Of a DNA stretch of 64,000 nt, positions 10,447 to 23,249 are shown piece after piece. The stretch lies in contig JABVCE010000016.1 of the NCBI GenBank assembly GCA_014905635.1, positions 496,001 to 560,000 of the forward strand, given 5' to 3'. This DNA is from Scenedesmus sp. PABB004 (taxonomy: Eukaryota). Every line of letters starts with the position of its first letter. Position 1 is the first letter of the stretch. Under the pieces are notes generated by a model. It searched no databases and was not told the DNA's origin. It was given only the letters and a program-made list of their open reading frames with translations. Made by a program: the position numbers and the translations under genes.

Positions 10447-13393
10447 TCACTGCGCGGCAGCGCCGCGGGCCGAGCCGGCCGCCAGGCGCGCCGCCCAGTC
10501 CATCGCGCGCGCACGCTGGGCGCGGTAGCGCGCCTCCGCCGGCAGCGGGTTGGCCCAGTTGGCGACGTGCGTGTCTGCGGCGGCAGCGGAAGCAGGCGCG
10601 CGCGCTCGCGCGCCTCGGCCACGCCTGCACAGTGGCGCGGGCGCTCGGCGCGGCGGGCCGCTCGCACCCGTGCAGTGCGCGGCGCCTCGATACATGACAA
10701 AGCCCAGCCGCCGCCGCTCGTCCAGCCAGTCGCCGGCCGGCGGCACGCCGCCGCGCCTGCCGGCGAGCCGCCGGCTGGCGGCGGCGGCGCCGCCGCCACC
10801 GTCCTCCAGGTCGGCCGGGCCCCAGATGCTGCCGCCCGCCCAGCCGTCGAGCTCGCCTGCGGGAGCCAGCGAGGAGCGGAGCGCCGCGGCCACGCGCACG
10901 CGCGTGGCCGTGGCCGCCAGGCAGGCGGCGCAGCGCCGCCGTGAGGCCGCCGCGCACACCGTTTGTAAACACGATGCCACCATGCTGCAGCACCAGGCGC
11001 TTGATGTCACGCGCAAAGCCAGGCGCCCGCAGCGGCGGCACCGCCGGCCCAAACGTCGACGCGCACTCGGCGGCGAGCGCCGCGCGCGGCGCGCCGTAGC
11101 GCGGCGTGGCGCTGTCGGGCGCGCCCGTCGCCGGCAGCTCGCCGCTGGTCTCAACGCCCTGCGTGCAGCACTGCGCGCGGCGCGCGGCGCGCGGGCGCGG
11201 CGCGCCGGCGGCTGTGGGCCGCGGCGCCGGCGGGGCGGCTGCCCCGGCGCGCCGCGGCGCCGCGGGCGCCGCCGCGCTACCTGGTAGGAGTAGGCGCTGG
11301 GCGTGGCGTCGATCATCACGTGGCTGGGGTCGAACTCGTAGCACCAGGTGGCCGAGCCGTTGTGCGCAAAGTAGGCGTTGGCCGCCGCGAGCGCCTCGGC
11401 GGGGCCCGCGCCGCGCGCCGCCGCGCGCGCGCGATCGCGCCGCACGCGGCCGCGACGCCGTCGGTCAGCGGGGGCTGGCCGTTGGTCTGCGCCCAGCCGT
11501 GCGCGTTGCCGTACTGGTCGCGCAGCAGCGCGGCCGCGGCGCGCGGCCCGCCGGCCTCGAGCGCCGCGGCGCCGCGCGGGCAGAGGCCGAACGCGGCCGC
11601 GAGGCGGCGCCGCCCTGCGGCGCTGCGCCCGGCGGCGGCAATCTCCTCCAGCCCCGCGCGCATCGCGGCGCCGCACGCGGGGCCGCCCGAGTTGGCCGCG
11701 AGGCTGGCGGCGATGCGTTCGTGGTAGCGCTCCGCCGCGTCGGCCCACATGCGCGTCCCAAACACATAGTCGACTGGCGCGCTCGACGCGACCGCCGCGG
11801 CAAACACGTGCGGCGCGGCGACACGGTGGTACGCGGCCAGCATGCCGCCTGGCGGGAGGGCGAGAGCAGGAGAGGAGGAATAGTGAAGGTGGGCGGGGAG
11901 TCGCGTGGCGCTGGGCTCAGGGTCGAGGGCTCAGGGTCGGGGGCTCGGCCCGCGCGGGCGAGGCTGCGGCGAGCGCGCGGCCGGCGGCAGTGCCCGCTCA
12001 CCGTATGAGCCGCCGATGACGATCGCTGGCACGGCCTCGGGCACGGCCGCGGACGCGCGCACGTGCGCAAGCACGGCGGCGGTGTCAGCCACCACATTCT
12101 CGATGGTCAGCCAGTGATAATCCTCGGTCGACGGCGCGCGCCCCGCGCCGGCGGCGGCCGCCGTCGGCGCCCTGCACGTTCGGGACGCTCTCTCCGTAGT
12201 ACCTGGCGGTGGCGGCGGCCGCGGCCGCGGCGGCGGCCGTTATCAAGGCTGGCGCGCCCAGCGCCGCGGGGCCGGCCCGCGGCGCCCCCGGCCCCCTCCC
12301 TGCTGCGCGCGCGCGCGCGCGCGCGCGCGCGCGGCGTCACCGGTGCTCGACGAGCAGCACGAGCGCGTTGAGGCGCGCCGCGTTCTCAAACACGATCGGC
12401 TGCCCCGGCAGCCCGAGGGGCGACTCGTTCCCCAGGAAGACCAGCACGTGCCGCCCAGGCGCCCGCACAAGCGGCGGACGCGGGCGCGGCGGCTGTGCGT
12501 GGGCGGGCGCGTGGGCGTGGGCGCGGGCGTGCGCGTGCGCGCGCGGCGGTGCGAAGAGCGGCGGCCGCCGGCCCGCGCAAACCTGCGCGTCGCTGGCGGG
12601 GCCGCCGCGCCGCCACGCGGCGTCGCAGGTCCAGTAGGTCTGGTTGAAGCGACGGCCGTCAGACGCGTTGGCGTGGTCGAGGGGCTGCGCAAACACGTGC
12701 TGCACGCAGCCCGCGGCGACGTGCGGCGGCGGCGGCGCGGCGGCGCGGCCGCGCGTCGCGCGGAGCGCGTGGCGTCCGCCGCCGTGGTCGCGGCCAAACG
12801 CGGCGGCGCAGAAGCCCGGCAGCGCGGTGCAGAGCGCCGCCGGCCCGGCGTCCGCGGCGGCGACGAGCGCGCGCGCGAGGCCCCGCTCGCCGCCAGCGGC
12901 GGGTAGCCGACCGAGCAGCCGTGCGTGCAGTCGGCGCCGCGCTGCAGCAGGCGGCAGGCCACGCTGACGTTGCCGCGCCCCGCGGCGTGCCGCGCCGCGG
13001 GGGCGCTCGCGGAGACCGCGCGCGCCAGCCAGCGCGCCACGTGGCGCGGCGCGAGGCAGCGCGGCAGTCGCGGCGGGTCGTCAAAGGTCGGCGCCCGCAC
13101 GCGCAGCTCCAGGCTGAAGTACCTGGCTGGCGCCACCGCCGCCGCCGCTGCCGCCGGAGCTGCAGCCAGGCTCGGCAGCGGCGCGCTCGCCTCGCCGATC
13201 GCCTCGCCGGCCGCCCACCTGCGGCGCGGGCGGCGGTGGGCGTGAGGCGCAGGCCCCCGAGCTGTGGGGCAGCGCCCCCAGCGGCCAGCTGCACGCAGGG
13301 CGCCAGCGGCACGCACGCGTCCGTCAGCGGCGGCGCGGCCAGCGCTGGCGCGGCCAGCACGAGCAGCAGCACGGCAGCAGCTGGGCGCGACAT
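10447..13393 (-). CDS. Secreted serine carboxypeptidase, S28 family (prolylcarboxypeptidase-like)
   Basis: Signal peptide MSRPAAAVLLLVLAAPALA; QPLDH..RFNQTY; VFLGNE; LVEHR|YYGES; LTIENVVADTA; nucleophile GGSYG|GMLAA; AVASSAP; YQ|CCTQ; IVFTNG|ELDGW; GAAHC (catalytic Ser/Asp/His). Confidence 0.92.
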
Positions 13394-13742
13394 CGTGATC
13401 AGCAGCGCGGCGGCGGGCCGATCTGGCGGACCGACCGGGCGAACGGAGCGCTCGGAGTGTGTGAGGTCTGAGGTTTGAGCGGCCGCGCTCCAGCGCGCGT
13501 CTCGCGGGCCGCGAGACGCGAGTCGCGGCGCAGCCGCCGCCGCGCGGCCGCCGCCACCCAAATCGCGCTTCCCGGCTGTCCCGCCGCCGCCACACGCGTT
13601 CCTACAGGCCCCCCGCAGCGTGCTTGCACACGGCGGCGGCAGCAGCAGCGCGCCGCTCCGGCCGCGCCAGCCTCACACGGCCGCCGGCGATCCCCCCCCG
13701 CCAGCCGGCTCCCCAGCCTGCTCGGCCACCCACAGGCCGGCC

Positions 13743-15803
13743 ATGCTCGCGCTCACGCGGGCGCGGCCCGCTGCTGCCGGCGGCGCGGCGTCGCCGGCCG
13801 CGGCGCGGCATCGAGGCGCGGCGCTGCGCGCGGCCGCGGCGCCGGCGCACGTCGACGTGGCGGTCGTCGGCGGCGGGCCCGCCGGCCTCGCCGCCGCGGC
13901 GGCGCTGCGCGCGGTGCTGCCGCGCGGGGCGGAGGTGCGCGTGTTTGAGCGCACCGCGCGCACGGCGCGCGGCGAGGCTGTGCTGGTCGGCGTCAACGGC
14001 CTCAAGGCGCTTGCCGCGATCGACCCGGCCCTGACCGACGGCCTGCTGCGCAAGGCGATCCGCCTCGAGGGCAGCGACCGGTACGACAAGGACACCGGCG
14101 AGTGGATGGAGTTTATGCCGATGCGCAACGACGCTTTCAAGCAGAAGTATGGTTTCTCCAACGCCCTGCTCGGCTGGTCGGGTGAGGCGCCCGAGCGCCC
14201 ACGCGCGGCCGGCGGGCGCGCGCGCGCGCGCACGCGCCCGCGCGGCGCCGCATTGCCGCCGCCGCCGCCGCCGCGCCGCCGCCGCCGCCGCGCCCGCGCT
14301 CACGCGCCGCCGCCGCCGCGCCCAAGAGCCGCCACGCCCACGCGCCGCCGCGCCGCCGCCGCCGCGTCGCAGACATCACCGGCGCGCTTGCGGAGTCGCT
14401 GCCGCCCGGCTGCGTCGTGGCAAACTGCCCCGTCACCGGCTTCCGGCAGGAGGCGGGCAGGCCGATCGAGCTGCTGGCGCCCGCCGAGGGCGGTGACGCG
14501 CAGCGCGTGGTGGCGACCTGCGAAGGTGCGGCCGCGCGCGGCCCCGCGCCCCTCGTCGCCGCCGCGCCCTCGCGGCCCCCGCCCGGCGCCGCGCCGGCGC
14601 CCAGCCGCCGCCGCCCGCCGCCTGCCACCCGTCGGCGTCGCACGATGCACCTGCAGCCCTCATCGGCGCGGACGGCTGGTTCAGCGCAATTCGACAGCAG
14701 GCGCTCGGGGACGGGCCGCCGGCGTTCAAAGACGTCGTCGTCTGGCGGGTGCGGCCCGCGCCGCCGCCGTCGCCGCCGCCAGCCGCGACCCGCCGGCCCG
14801 CGCCTGGCAGCCGCCGCGCTGCGCCCTGCGGCCGCCCACGCCGCGCCGCGCGCCCGCGCCGCGCCGTGCGCGGCCGCGCAGGCGCGCATCCCGAAGCCAG
14901 ACTTCCTGCCCGCCGCGCGCACGATGTGGTGGGTGCCCCGCGGCGGCGTGATGCCCGGCGCCGTGCTGGCCGTGCTCATCCCAGTGCCCGGCGGCGACGC
15001 GGTCTGGCAGTGAGTGCCGCGGCGCGGCGGCCGCGGGCGCGGCGCGCGCGGCGCGCCGGGCTCCTGCCGCCGCCGCCGCCGCGGCAGCCGGCCGACGCCA
15101 CGCCGCGCCGCGCCCGCCTGCCTCGCACACGCAACCTTGAACAAACAGGTGCCACTGCCCCATCGACCTCATGCGCTCCAAGGGTCTTGCCTTCGACTCC
15201 GCCGTGGGCGAGGCCGCCTCCTCGCACGCGGCCAACGCGCGCGACGGCGGCGCGACCGCCAAAGAGCGCTGCCTGGCCGCGTTTGCCGAGCTGCCGGCCG
15301 CGTTCCGTGACGTCGTCGCCGCCACGCCCGCTGAGAGCATCACCGAGCACGGCCTCTATCAGCGCACCGCGGAGACCATCCCGGACGTCTGGGGCCGCGG
15401 TGCGCGGCGCGCGCTGCCTCTGCCCGCGCGGCGCGCGGCGGGGCCGCGCGCGCCGCGCCCGCGCTCACGCCCGGCCCGGCCGCCGCCGGGCGCAGGCATG
15501 GTGACGCTCGCCGGCGACGCGGCGCACACGGCGTACGTCGACGGCACGGGGCTCGCGCTGAGCCTGGAGGACGCGGCGGTGCTGGGCGCGTGCGTGCGGG
15601 ACGGCGGCCTCACCGAGGCCGCGCTGCGGTCGTACGAGGCCGCGCGCGTGCCGCGCGTGCGCGAGGTGTTTTCGCTCACCGGGCGCCACGCGGAGGCGAT
15701 GAAGGCGGGCGTGCCACAGCGCCAGCTGCTCGACGAGCGCGCGGAGCTGCTGTACTCGGTGCGCTTTGAGCCGCTCGCCGCGCCGGCGGCCGCGCCGGCG
15801 TGA
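13743..15803 (+). CDS. FAD-dependent monooxygenase (class A aromatic hydroxylase / zeaxanthin-epoxidase-like fold)
   Basis: Transit-like N-terminus; DVAVVGGGPAGL..VFER; LIGADGWFSAIRQ; VTLAGDAAH...GTGLALSLEDAAVL; LRSYEAARVPR. Confidence 0.9.
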
Positions 15804-16332
15804 GCGCGCGGGCGGCGGCGCTCGGCGGTCAGCGCGGGCACGCAGAGCGGGGGCAGGAGAGCGGGCGGGATCGGGCCCTCCGACGCAGGAGAGAGCGCTG
15901 GGAGCTGAGCAGCAGGGGAGCGGGGGAGAGAGCGAAGAGAGCGTCGAGAGCTCAGAGTTGCTGAGATTTGAACGCGCGGTACCCGCCGCGCCGGAACGCC
16001 CAGCTGCCCGCCGAGCCGCTCGCTCGTCGCTCGTCATCGTCGTGCGCTCAGGCCTAGTAGTAGAGTCTAACAGCGCGGGGTGACGACCCGGTCATGATCA
16101 AAAGCGCGGTCAAAGCGCTGGCGGCCTCGGCCAGCCCAAGCGATGCATTGCCAGCACGCACGCCGCCGCAGCCCCGGTCGAGTCATGTACAGGCGGCCGC
16201 CGCCGCCCTCGTCATCACGGGGGGCCCCCTGCCGCATGCGCGCGGGGCCCGCCCCGCCCCCAACTGTACAAAGCCGCGCACGCTCGCGCTCACCCCCCGC
16301 GGCGGCGGCGCCCGCGCGGGCCGCGCGCCCGC

Positions 16333-17578
16333 TCAGCCGCCGCCTGCGCGCGTCTCGCGGCCGTCGTCGAGCTCGCCGTCGTCGCCCGGCGCCTGCGCCT
16401 GCGCCTGCGCCTGCGCCTGCTGCTGCCGCGCGCGCTCCACCGCCTCGCGCGCTGCCTGCGCCGCGGCCTCGGCGGCGCGCGCCGCGCGCCCCGCCGCCGA
16501 GCGCCGCAGCGGCGGCGCGTCGGGGTGCAGCTGCTGGAACATCGACTCGCAGAACGGCGTGTACGCCTGCTCCACGGGCGGGCCGTTGGCGCCGATCACG
16601 CTGTCCTCAAGCTCCAGCAGCTCCTGCATCTTGCGGCGCTTGCGCTCCGCGCCCCAGTCGGCGCGGCCCGCGCCGCGCGTGCGCCCGCCCGCGCTCGCGC
16701 CGGGCGCGGGCCGCGCGGGGCTGCGCGCCGCGGCGGCGGCGCCGCCGCGCGGGCCGTGCGTGCGGCTGCGCGCCTCCGACGCGCGCCAGTCGGCGAGCTG
16801 CAGCTGCGTCGCGGCGTCGCGCGCCGACGCTGAGCGCATGTCCCACCGCGCGTTGCCGGCGGCGACCGCCTCTGCGTCGGCGCGGCCGCCGAGCAGCCCG
16901 CCGCCCGGCTGGAGCTGCTCCAGCATGGAGTTGCAGAACGGCTTGTACGCGGCGTCGCCCTCAAACAGCGACGCCTCAATCGCCTCCATGCTCGCCGTGC
17001 TCAGCGCGTTGCCGCCGGCCAGCGCGCCGTCGGCGCCCGCGAGCCGCGCGCCGCCGCCGCCGGGCGGGCGATCGCCGCGGCCGTCGACGTCGCCCGGGGC
17101 GCCGCTGCCGCGGTCGGCGGCGTGGTCCGGCGCAAACGCGCGGATCCACTCGGGCACGTTGTCGTGCACGTCGTCAAATGACATGAGGCTGCCCAGCGGG
17201 TACTCGGCCAGGTCAGCGAGGTGGTCGCCGTCTGCGCCGACGTCGTGCGCCGGCGGCGGCGCCCACTGCTGCTGCTGCAGCTCCAGGCCGAGCTGCTCGC
17301 GCTGCGCGCGGTCCGCCGCCGCCGCCGCCTCGAGCGCCGCCGCGTCGACCGGCTGCCCCGCCTCGCCGAGCGCCGCCGCGACGCCGGCCGCGGCGCCCGC
17401 GCCCGCGCCGGCCTGCTGCACCGCCGCGACCGCCGCCGCGGCGACCGCGCTCGACAGCCGCGCCGCGGGCTTGCCGCGGTCCGTCTCCAGGTCGACCCAC
17501 CGCGTGCCGGGCACCATGCGCTGCGCGGGCGGGGCGGGCGGGCCCCAGGCGCAGGCGCGCGGTGAGCCGCCGCCGCGC

Positions 17579-17617
<39 letters not shown>

Positions 17618-19911
17618 CCGCCGCAGCGCGCCCGCCGCCGCGGCCACGCAGCCCCGCGCCCCCGCGCCCCGCGGCCGGCAGCGCGCCGCACCATGATCTC
17701 GCGCTCAAGCCGGTCCACCTCGGCGCCGGTCGTGCTGACGATGACAGCAGCAAACTGCATGAGCAGCGCGTCCAGCGCGTGCGGGTCGTGGCGGCGCACC
17801 GCGGCGTCGAGCGCCTTGAACAGCCGCGTGCGCCCGCAGCGGTCGAGCGCGCGGCGCGCGAGCTCCTCGCCGTCAAACGCGATGTCCGCCTGGAACCTGC
17901 GCGGCCGGCCGGGGGGTGGGCGGGCGTCGCAAAGCGCGGGTGAGTGCGCGCGTGCGCGCGTGCTCTAAACCGCGCAGCGCCGCGGGGCGCCGCGCGCGCC
18001 TGTACTGGCGCACGCCGAGCTCCTCCGACTTGATGTTTGAGACCTGCCGGATGACGCAGTCGTTGGCGAGGTGGTCCAGGATGATGTCCTCCTGCGCCTG
18101 CCGGGCGCAGTTTGAACGAGCGGCGGCGCGTTAGATTCGGTTCAAATCCAGTTTAAGTCTGAGCGGCGGGCGGCGGGCGGCGGCGGCGGCGGCGCACCTT
18201 TGGCATGGACTTTCCGATGAGCCACTTGCGGTTGCGCTGGATGAGCGTGACGGCAACGACGCCGAGCAGGCCCGACACCGCGATCGACCCGACCGCGTCC
18301 CAGTACACCGCGCCCGTCACCTGCACGGCGCGGCGCGGACGCAGCGGCTGGCGTGTGAGTCGGCGGCGCGCGGCGCAGCGCGGCTGGCCACGCTGCGGCG
18401 GGCCGCGCCGGCAGCGTGCCGCGCGCCGCGGCCGCGCGCGCCTGGCAGAGCGCGAGGCAGCCGCCGGCGACGACGAGGCCCGCGACCGCGGCGCCGTCCT
18501 CCATCATCACCGCCACGGCCGCGGGGTCGGCGCCGGTGCGGACGTACGCGAGCAGGCCCATGCCCTGCGCGGCCGCGCGGCGCCGCAGCGTGCTGACCGC
18601 GACGTAGAGGCTGTGGCTCTCGAGCACCGCCGACACGCCCAGCACTGCGGCGCCGGCGGCGGCGGCGGCGGCGCGTGAGCATGCGCGCGCGCGGGGGGCG
18701 GGAGCGCCGGCCGGCGCCGCCCCGGCCGCCGCCTGCTCGCGTGCAGCCGCCCGCGCCAGCGCCGGCCGCCACACCGCCGCCGCACCGACAAAGTTCCAGT
18801 ACAAGTCGCCGAGCTCGCGGTGGCCCTCGAACAGCGCGGTGACGCCGTGCACGAAGCTCACGCCCGCGCCGCAGCAGAAGATGCCGACGGCGGAGATGAG
18901 GGGCCATATGAACTGGTCGCGCGCGTAGCCGTAGGGATGCATCTCGGTCGGCTGCCGCTGCGCCTTCATGATGCCCACGCGCAGCAGCATCTGGTTGGCA
19001 ATGTCCACCAGGCTGTGCACCGCCTCGGCGAGCATCGCGCTGCAGCGCGGCCGCGGGCGCGGCACGGGCGCGGGCGGGCGGCGGCGGGTGGGCGGGCGGC
19101 GGCGGGCGCGGCGCGGCGCGTCCGCCGGCGCCGCTCGACGCGCGCCCGCGCCCGCCGCAGGTCGCCGCCCGCCGCCGCGCGCGGCTGCGCTGCGTGCGTG
19201 CGCGCTGCGCCGAGGGCGCGCACGCGCGGTGTGTCACCTGCTGCTGCTGACGAAGAAAACGCCCAGCTTGGCGGCAAAGATGAGCGCGTTGGCGCGGATC
19301 GCCGTCTCGACCGCGTGCAGCTCGCCCTCGGGGCCGTCGTCGTCCGCCGCGCCCGGCGCGGCCTCGCCGCCGCCGGGCGCGGGGGCGGGGCCGGAGGCGG
19401 AGAAGCCCGCCGCCGCCGCGGCGGCGGCGGCGGCCCGCGGCGGCGGCAGCAGCGCGCCGGCCGCGGCGCCGCCGCGCCGCTGCCAGCCGGGCCGCGCCGC
19501 CGGCAGCGCCGGGCCGCGCCAGGGCTGCTGCCCCGCCGGCAGGGAGCAGAGGCCTCGGGCGCGGGGCGGCTGCTGCGGTGGCGGCGGCGGGCCGTCGAGC
19601 GGTGGCGCGGCCGCGCCGCCACCGCGTGCGTGGGCGAGCGCCGCGCCGCACGCCCGCGCCGCGCCTGCGGCGGAGCACCTGGCCCCGCCGGGCGGCCCGT
19701 CGCGCGGCCACGCCCGCGAGGCGCCCGGGGGCGCCCGCCCCGCGCCCGCCGGCGCGCCGGTGGGGCCGCGGGGCGCCGCGGGGTGCGCTGCTGCTGCTTC
19801 CGCCCACCACGGCGCCCCGGGCCCGCCCCCGCCGGGCGCGCCCCTGCCGCCAAGCCGCGCTCTGAGCGCCATGAGGCTCCTCGCCAGGCGCGCGGTCTGG
19901 GGCCGGCTCAT
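16333..19911 (-). CDS. Cation diffusion facilitator, MTP7/SLC30A9 (ZnT9)-like, with long C-terminal extension
   Basis: AIRANALIFAAK..SSS|SAMLAEAVHSLVDIANQMLLRVG...HPYGYARDQFIWPLISAVGIFCCGAGVS; DPAAVAVMMEDGAAVAGL; VTGAVYWDAVGSI; NRKWLIGKSM; IKSEELG; GAEVDRLEREI; RWVDLE. Confidence 0.92.
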
Positions 19912-20517
19912 GCGGGGCGTGGGCGCCGCATTCACGCGTCGCTGCTCACAAGCTGCTGCGCGCCACGAAAACGTGCTCAGCGAGCTGCATTGGCGACGCC
20001 GAGACCGGGGGCGCTGTCGTGGGCTGCTGTTCGAGCGCGCCCGGCAAGTAACACAGCGGAGTGACAACGCTTTGGATCGCCCCGTGCCGCGATCGCACAC
20101 TTGCAAGGTCGCCGCGACTGCCACGGGCCGCGGACGGCGAGCCGAGCGCGCGCGGGCGAGCGCGGGCTCGGCAACTCGCGCCGAGGCAGCCGCCGGCCGC
20201 AGCTGGCCCTCGTCGTGCGCCGCGACAAACTCACCAGCGTCGGAGCGGGGCGCGCGGACCTGGGCGAGCCCCAGCGGCACGCGCCGACCTGACGCGACCG
20301 CGCGCGCCCACCACGTCGCCAGGGCGCCCAGGCGCGCGGCGCCGCGCGGCGCATCGGCCCTGTCGCCCCGCCTCGCAGCTGCGGGCCGCGCCGGCCGGGC
20401 GCCCTGCGCGCGCCAGCGCGCGGCGCGGTCGCAGCAGCGGCGGCGGCCCCGCGCCCCGCGGCGCCGCGCCGAGGCCGCCGCCCGCCGCCCCGCGCGCCGC
20501 CGCGGACGCAGGGCGTG

Positions 20518-23218
20518 ATGACGGACGCGCTGCCGCAGCAGGCGGACGGCGGCGGCGGCGGCGGGGGGCCGGCCGGCGCGCGCAGCGACGCGAGCACGCG
20601 CTGGGGCGGCGGCGCCGGCGGCACGGGGCGCTGGAGCCGCGTGCGCGACGCGGCGCAGATGCAGACGCTGGACCTGCGGCAGCGCGTCGCGCAGGCGATG
20701 GACCGCAGCGGGTGGACGACGGTGCTGCTGCTGCTGGACGTCGTGCTGTCGCTCATCTCGGTCGCAGTCTACATCGCGGTCACCTACCCGCCCCCGCCGG
20801 TGCGACGCGCCGCGCCGCGCCGCGCCGCGCAGCCTCCCCCTCCCCCTCCGCTTTGCCCCCGCGGCCCCGCGCCGCGCCGGGCGCGTCGCTGACGACGGCC
20901 GCGCCGCCGCCGCCTGCCCGCGCGCCGCCCACACAGGGCATCAACCCCGGCGTGAGCACGCGCCGCGCCCGCGCGGCGCCGCTTCCCGCGCACCCCCCCC
21001 CCCCTCCTCCCCTCCCGCTCCCCGCCCGCCCACCCGCGCCTGCCTCCCTCCCCGCCACCCACACGCACACACGCCCGCCCCGGTCCTCCCCGTGCCCGCA
21101 GGCTCTGTTCCAGTTTGACCTCGCGCTCGCGAGCGTCTTTGCCGCCAACTGGTTCCTCTGGCTCTGGCTGTCGGAGGACCGGCTGCGCTACGTGTTCAGC
21201 CTCTATTCCTTCATTGACGCGGTGACCATCATACCCGCGTTTGTGCTCTACGCGCTCCAGGCCCAGACCGGCTACGCGCTGCCGGGGCTCAACTTCCTCC
21301 GCGTGCTCAGGCGCGTGCCGCGCCGCGCCGCGCCTGCGCAGCGCACGCAACGCACGCCGCACGCCCCACACTCAAAAGCTCGCCTCGATCGCGCTCTGAC
21401 TAACCCACCCTTGCTCATGACGCAGTCAACTCTCACACCTCCCGCCATCTGTTGACTGACTGACCAAGCTGTTGACTGACTGACCGCCCACCTCCCCCAC
21501 AGGATCCTGCGCATCCTCAAGGTCTTCCGCATGAAGCACGTCATGGCGCGCCACATGGAGGGCGCGGTCGTGGAGGCGGGCGGCAAGCTCGCGTTCAGCC
21601 TGCTCTCCATGCTCTTCATCGCCGCGGCGCTCTTCTTCGAGCTGGAGAAGTACGGGGTGCGGCGGCCGGGCGGGCGGGCGGCGGCGGCGGCGGGCACCGA
21701 GGAGGAGGGACCTCGGGGCTGGCTGGGCGGGGACCGGCACCGAGGGCAGCGCCGGGCGGGGCGCGCCGCCGCGCTGCGCGCGCGCGACACGGCGCCGACG
21801 CCCCCACCCCTCCGCGCCCGCGCCGCAGCCGGCCAACCGCGAGCGCAGCTACCCGGAGCTCACCTTCCACGAGTCACTCTACTGGGCCGCCGTCACGCTC
21901 ACGACCGTGGGATACGGTGCGCGCAGCGCGCGAGCGCGGCGACCAGGCCGCACCGCGGGCCGCTGCCGCCGCCGCCACCACCACCGCGCGCCCGCGCCCG
22001 CACGCCCGCGCGCCGCGCCCGCACGCCCGCCCGCACACACGCCCGCTCACCCCAACACACATCCACACGCGCCTTAACCCCTACACCCTGACCCTAGGCG
22101 ACTTCAGCCCCACGTACTGGGCGACGCAGATGATGCTCATAGGGCTGCTCATGTTCACATTCACCCTGCTGCCCTACCTCACCGGCGGCCTCATGGACGC
22201 GCTCACCGCCTCCAGCCCCTACCAGCGCAAGCGGTGCGTACGCGCGTGCGTGTGCGTGCGTGTGCGCGTGTGTGCATGGAGGGGGGGGGGGGGCGGTGGC
22301 AGGGAAGGCCGCGCGGTCGACGCCCCGCCGCCGCCGCGCCGCCGCCGCCGCGCCGCCGCGCAGCTTCAAGTTCAGCCGGCGGCAGGAGGACGGGCACGTG
22401 GTCTTCATGGGCGCGCTCGACGGCCCCACCATGGAGGGGGTGCGCGCCGCCTCCCGCGCGCGCGCCGCCGCCGCCCTCCCTCTCCCTCCCGCTCGCGCGC
22501 CGCGGCGCGCGAGCGCGCGCCACCCAGCACAACCCACCCCGGGCCGCGCGGGCGTCAGACGTTGCAACTCTCTCTGCCGCAGCTTGAGCCCAGCTCCAGC
22601 GTGAGCCTGATGTGGCTTAAACCACCGCCGCCGCCTCTCTGCCGCATCGGCAGATTCTCGACGAGTTTTACCACGAGGATAAGGGGTTCAACCACCAGCC
22701 CTCCGTTTTCCTCTCCCCGTCGCCGCCGAGCCTCGACATCCTCCACCTCCTCGCGACGCACCCGTCGGCGCTGCAGCTGACCTACCTGCAGGGCTCGCCC
22801 TTCCGCGCCGAGGTGCGCGCCGCGGCGGCGGCGGCCGCGCCGCGGCGCCGCCCCGCGCGCGCGCGCCGCGGGCGCCGCGCGGGGACGGCCGGCGCGCGCG
22901 GCCTGCTCCGCCCCGCCGGCGCGCGCCTCTGCGCGAGCCCGCGCGCCCGCCCGCCGCCCGCGCGCCGCGCACCGCGCGCGCCAGGACCTGAGCCGCGCCG
23001 GCGTGGAGTACGCGGCCGCTGTCTTCATCATCGCGCCAAAGCACTCGCCGGTGGGCGCCCCCGCGCGCCGCTGCGCCCCCCCCCCCCCCCGCCGCGCCGC
23101 CGCGCACAGCGCCGCGCACAGCGCCACGCAGCGCCGCGCCGCCGCGCCGCGCCGCGCAGCGCCGCCGCACGCGCACAGCCCGCCGACGCGAGCGCGCCTG
23201 CGCGCGCCGCCACCGCGG

Positions 23219-23249
<31 letters not shown>

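Noticed and set aside
16333..17799. Separate gene downstream of the CDF
   Set aside because: Its GAEVDRLE and VDLE motifs are the normal MTP7/SLC30A9 C-terminal domain and the exons join in frame.
22073..22097. Interstitial telomeric repeat (TAACCCCTACACCCTGACCCTAG; also TCAGGG-like words at 11913-11948)
   Set aside because: Too short and degenerate; both lie in introns and fit branch-point/acceptor sequence.
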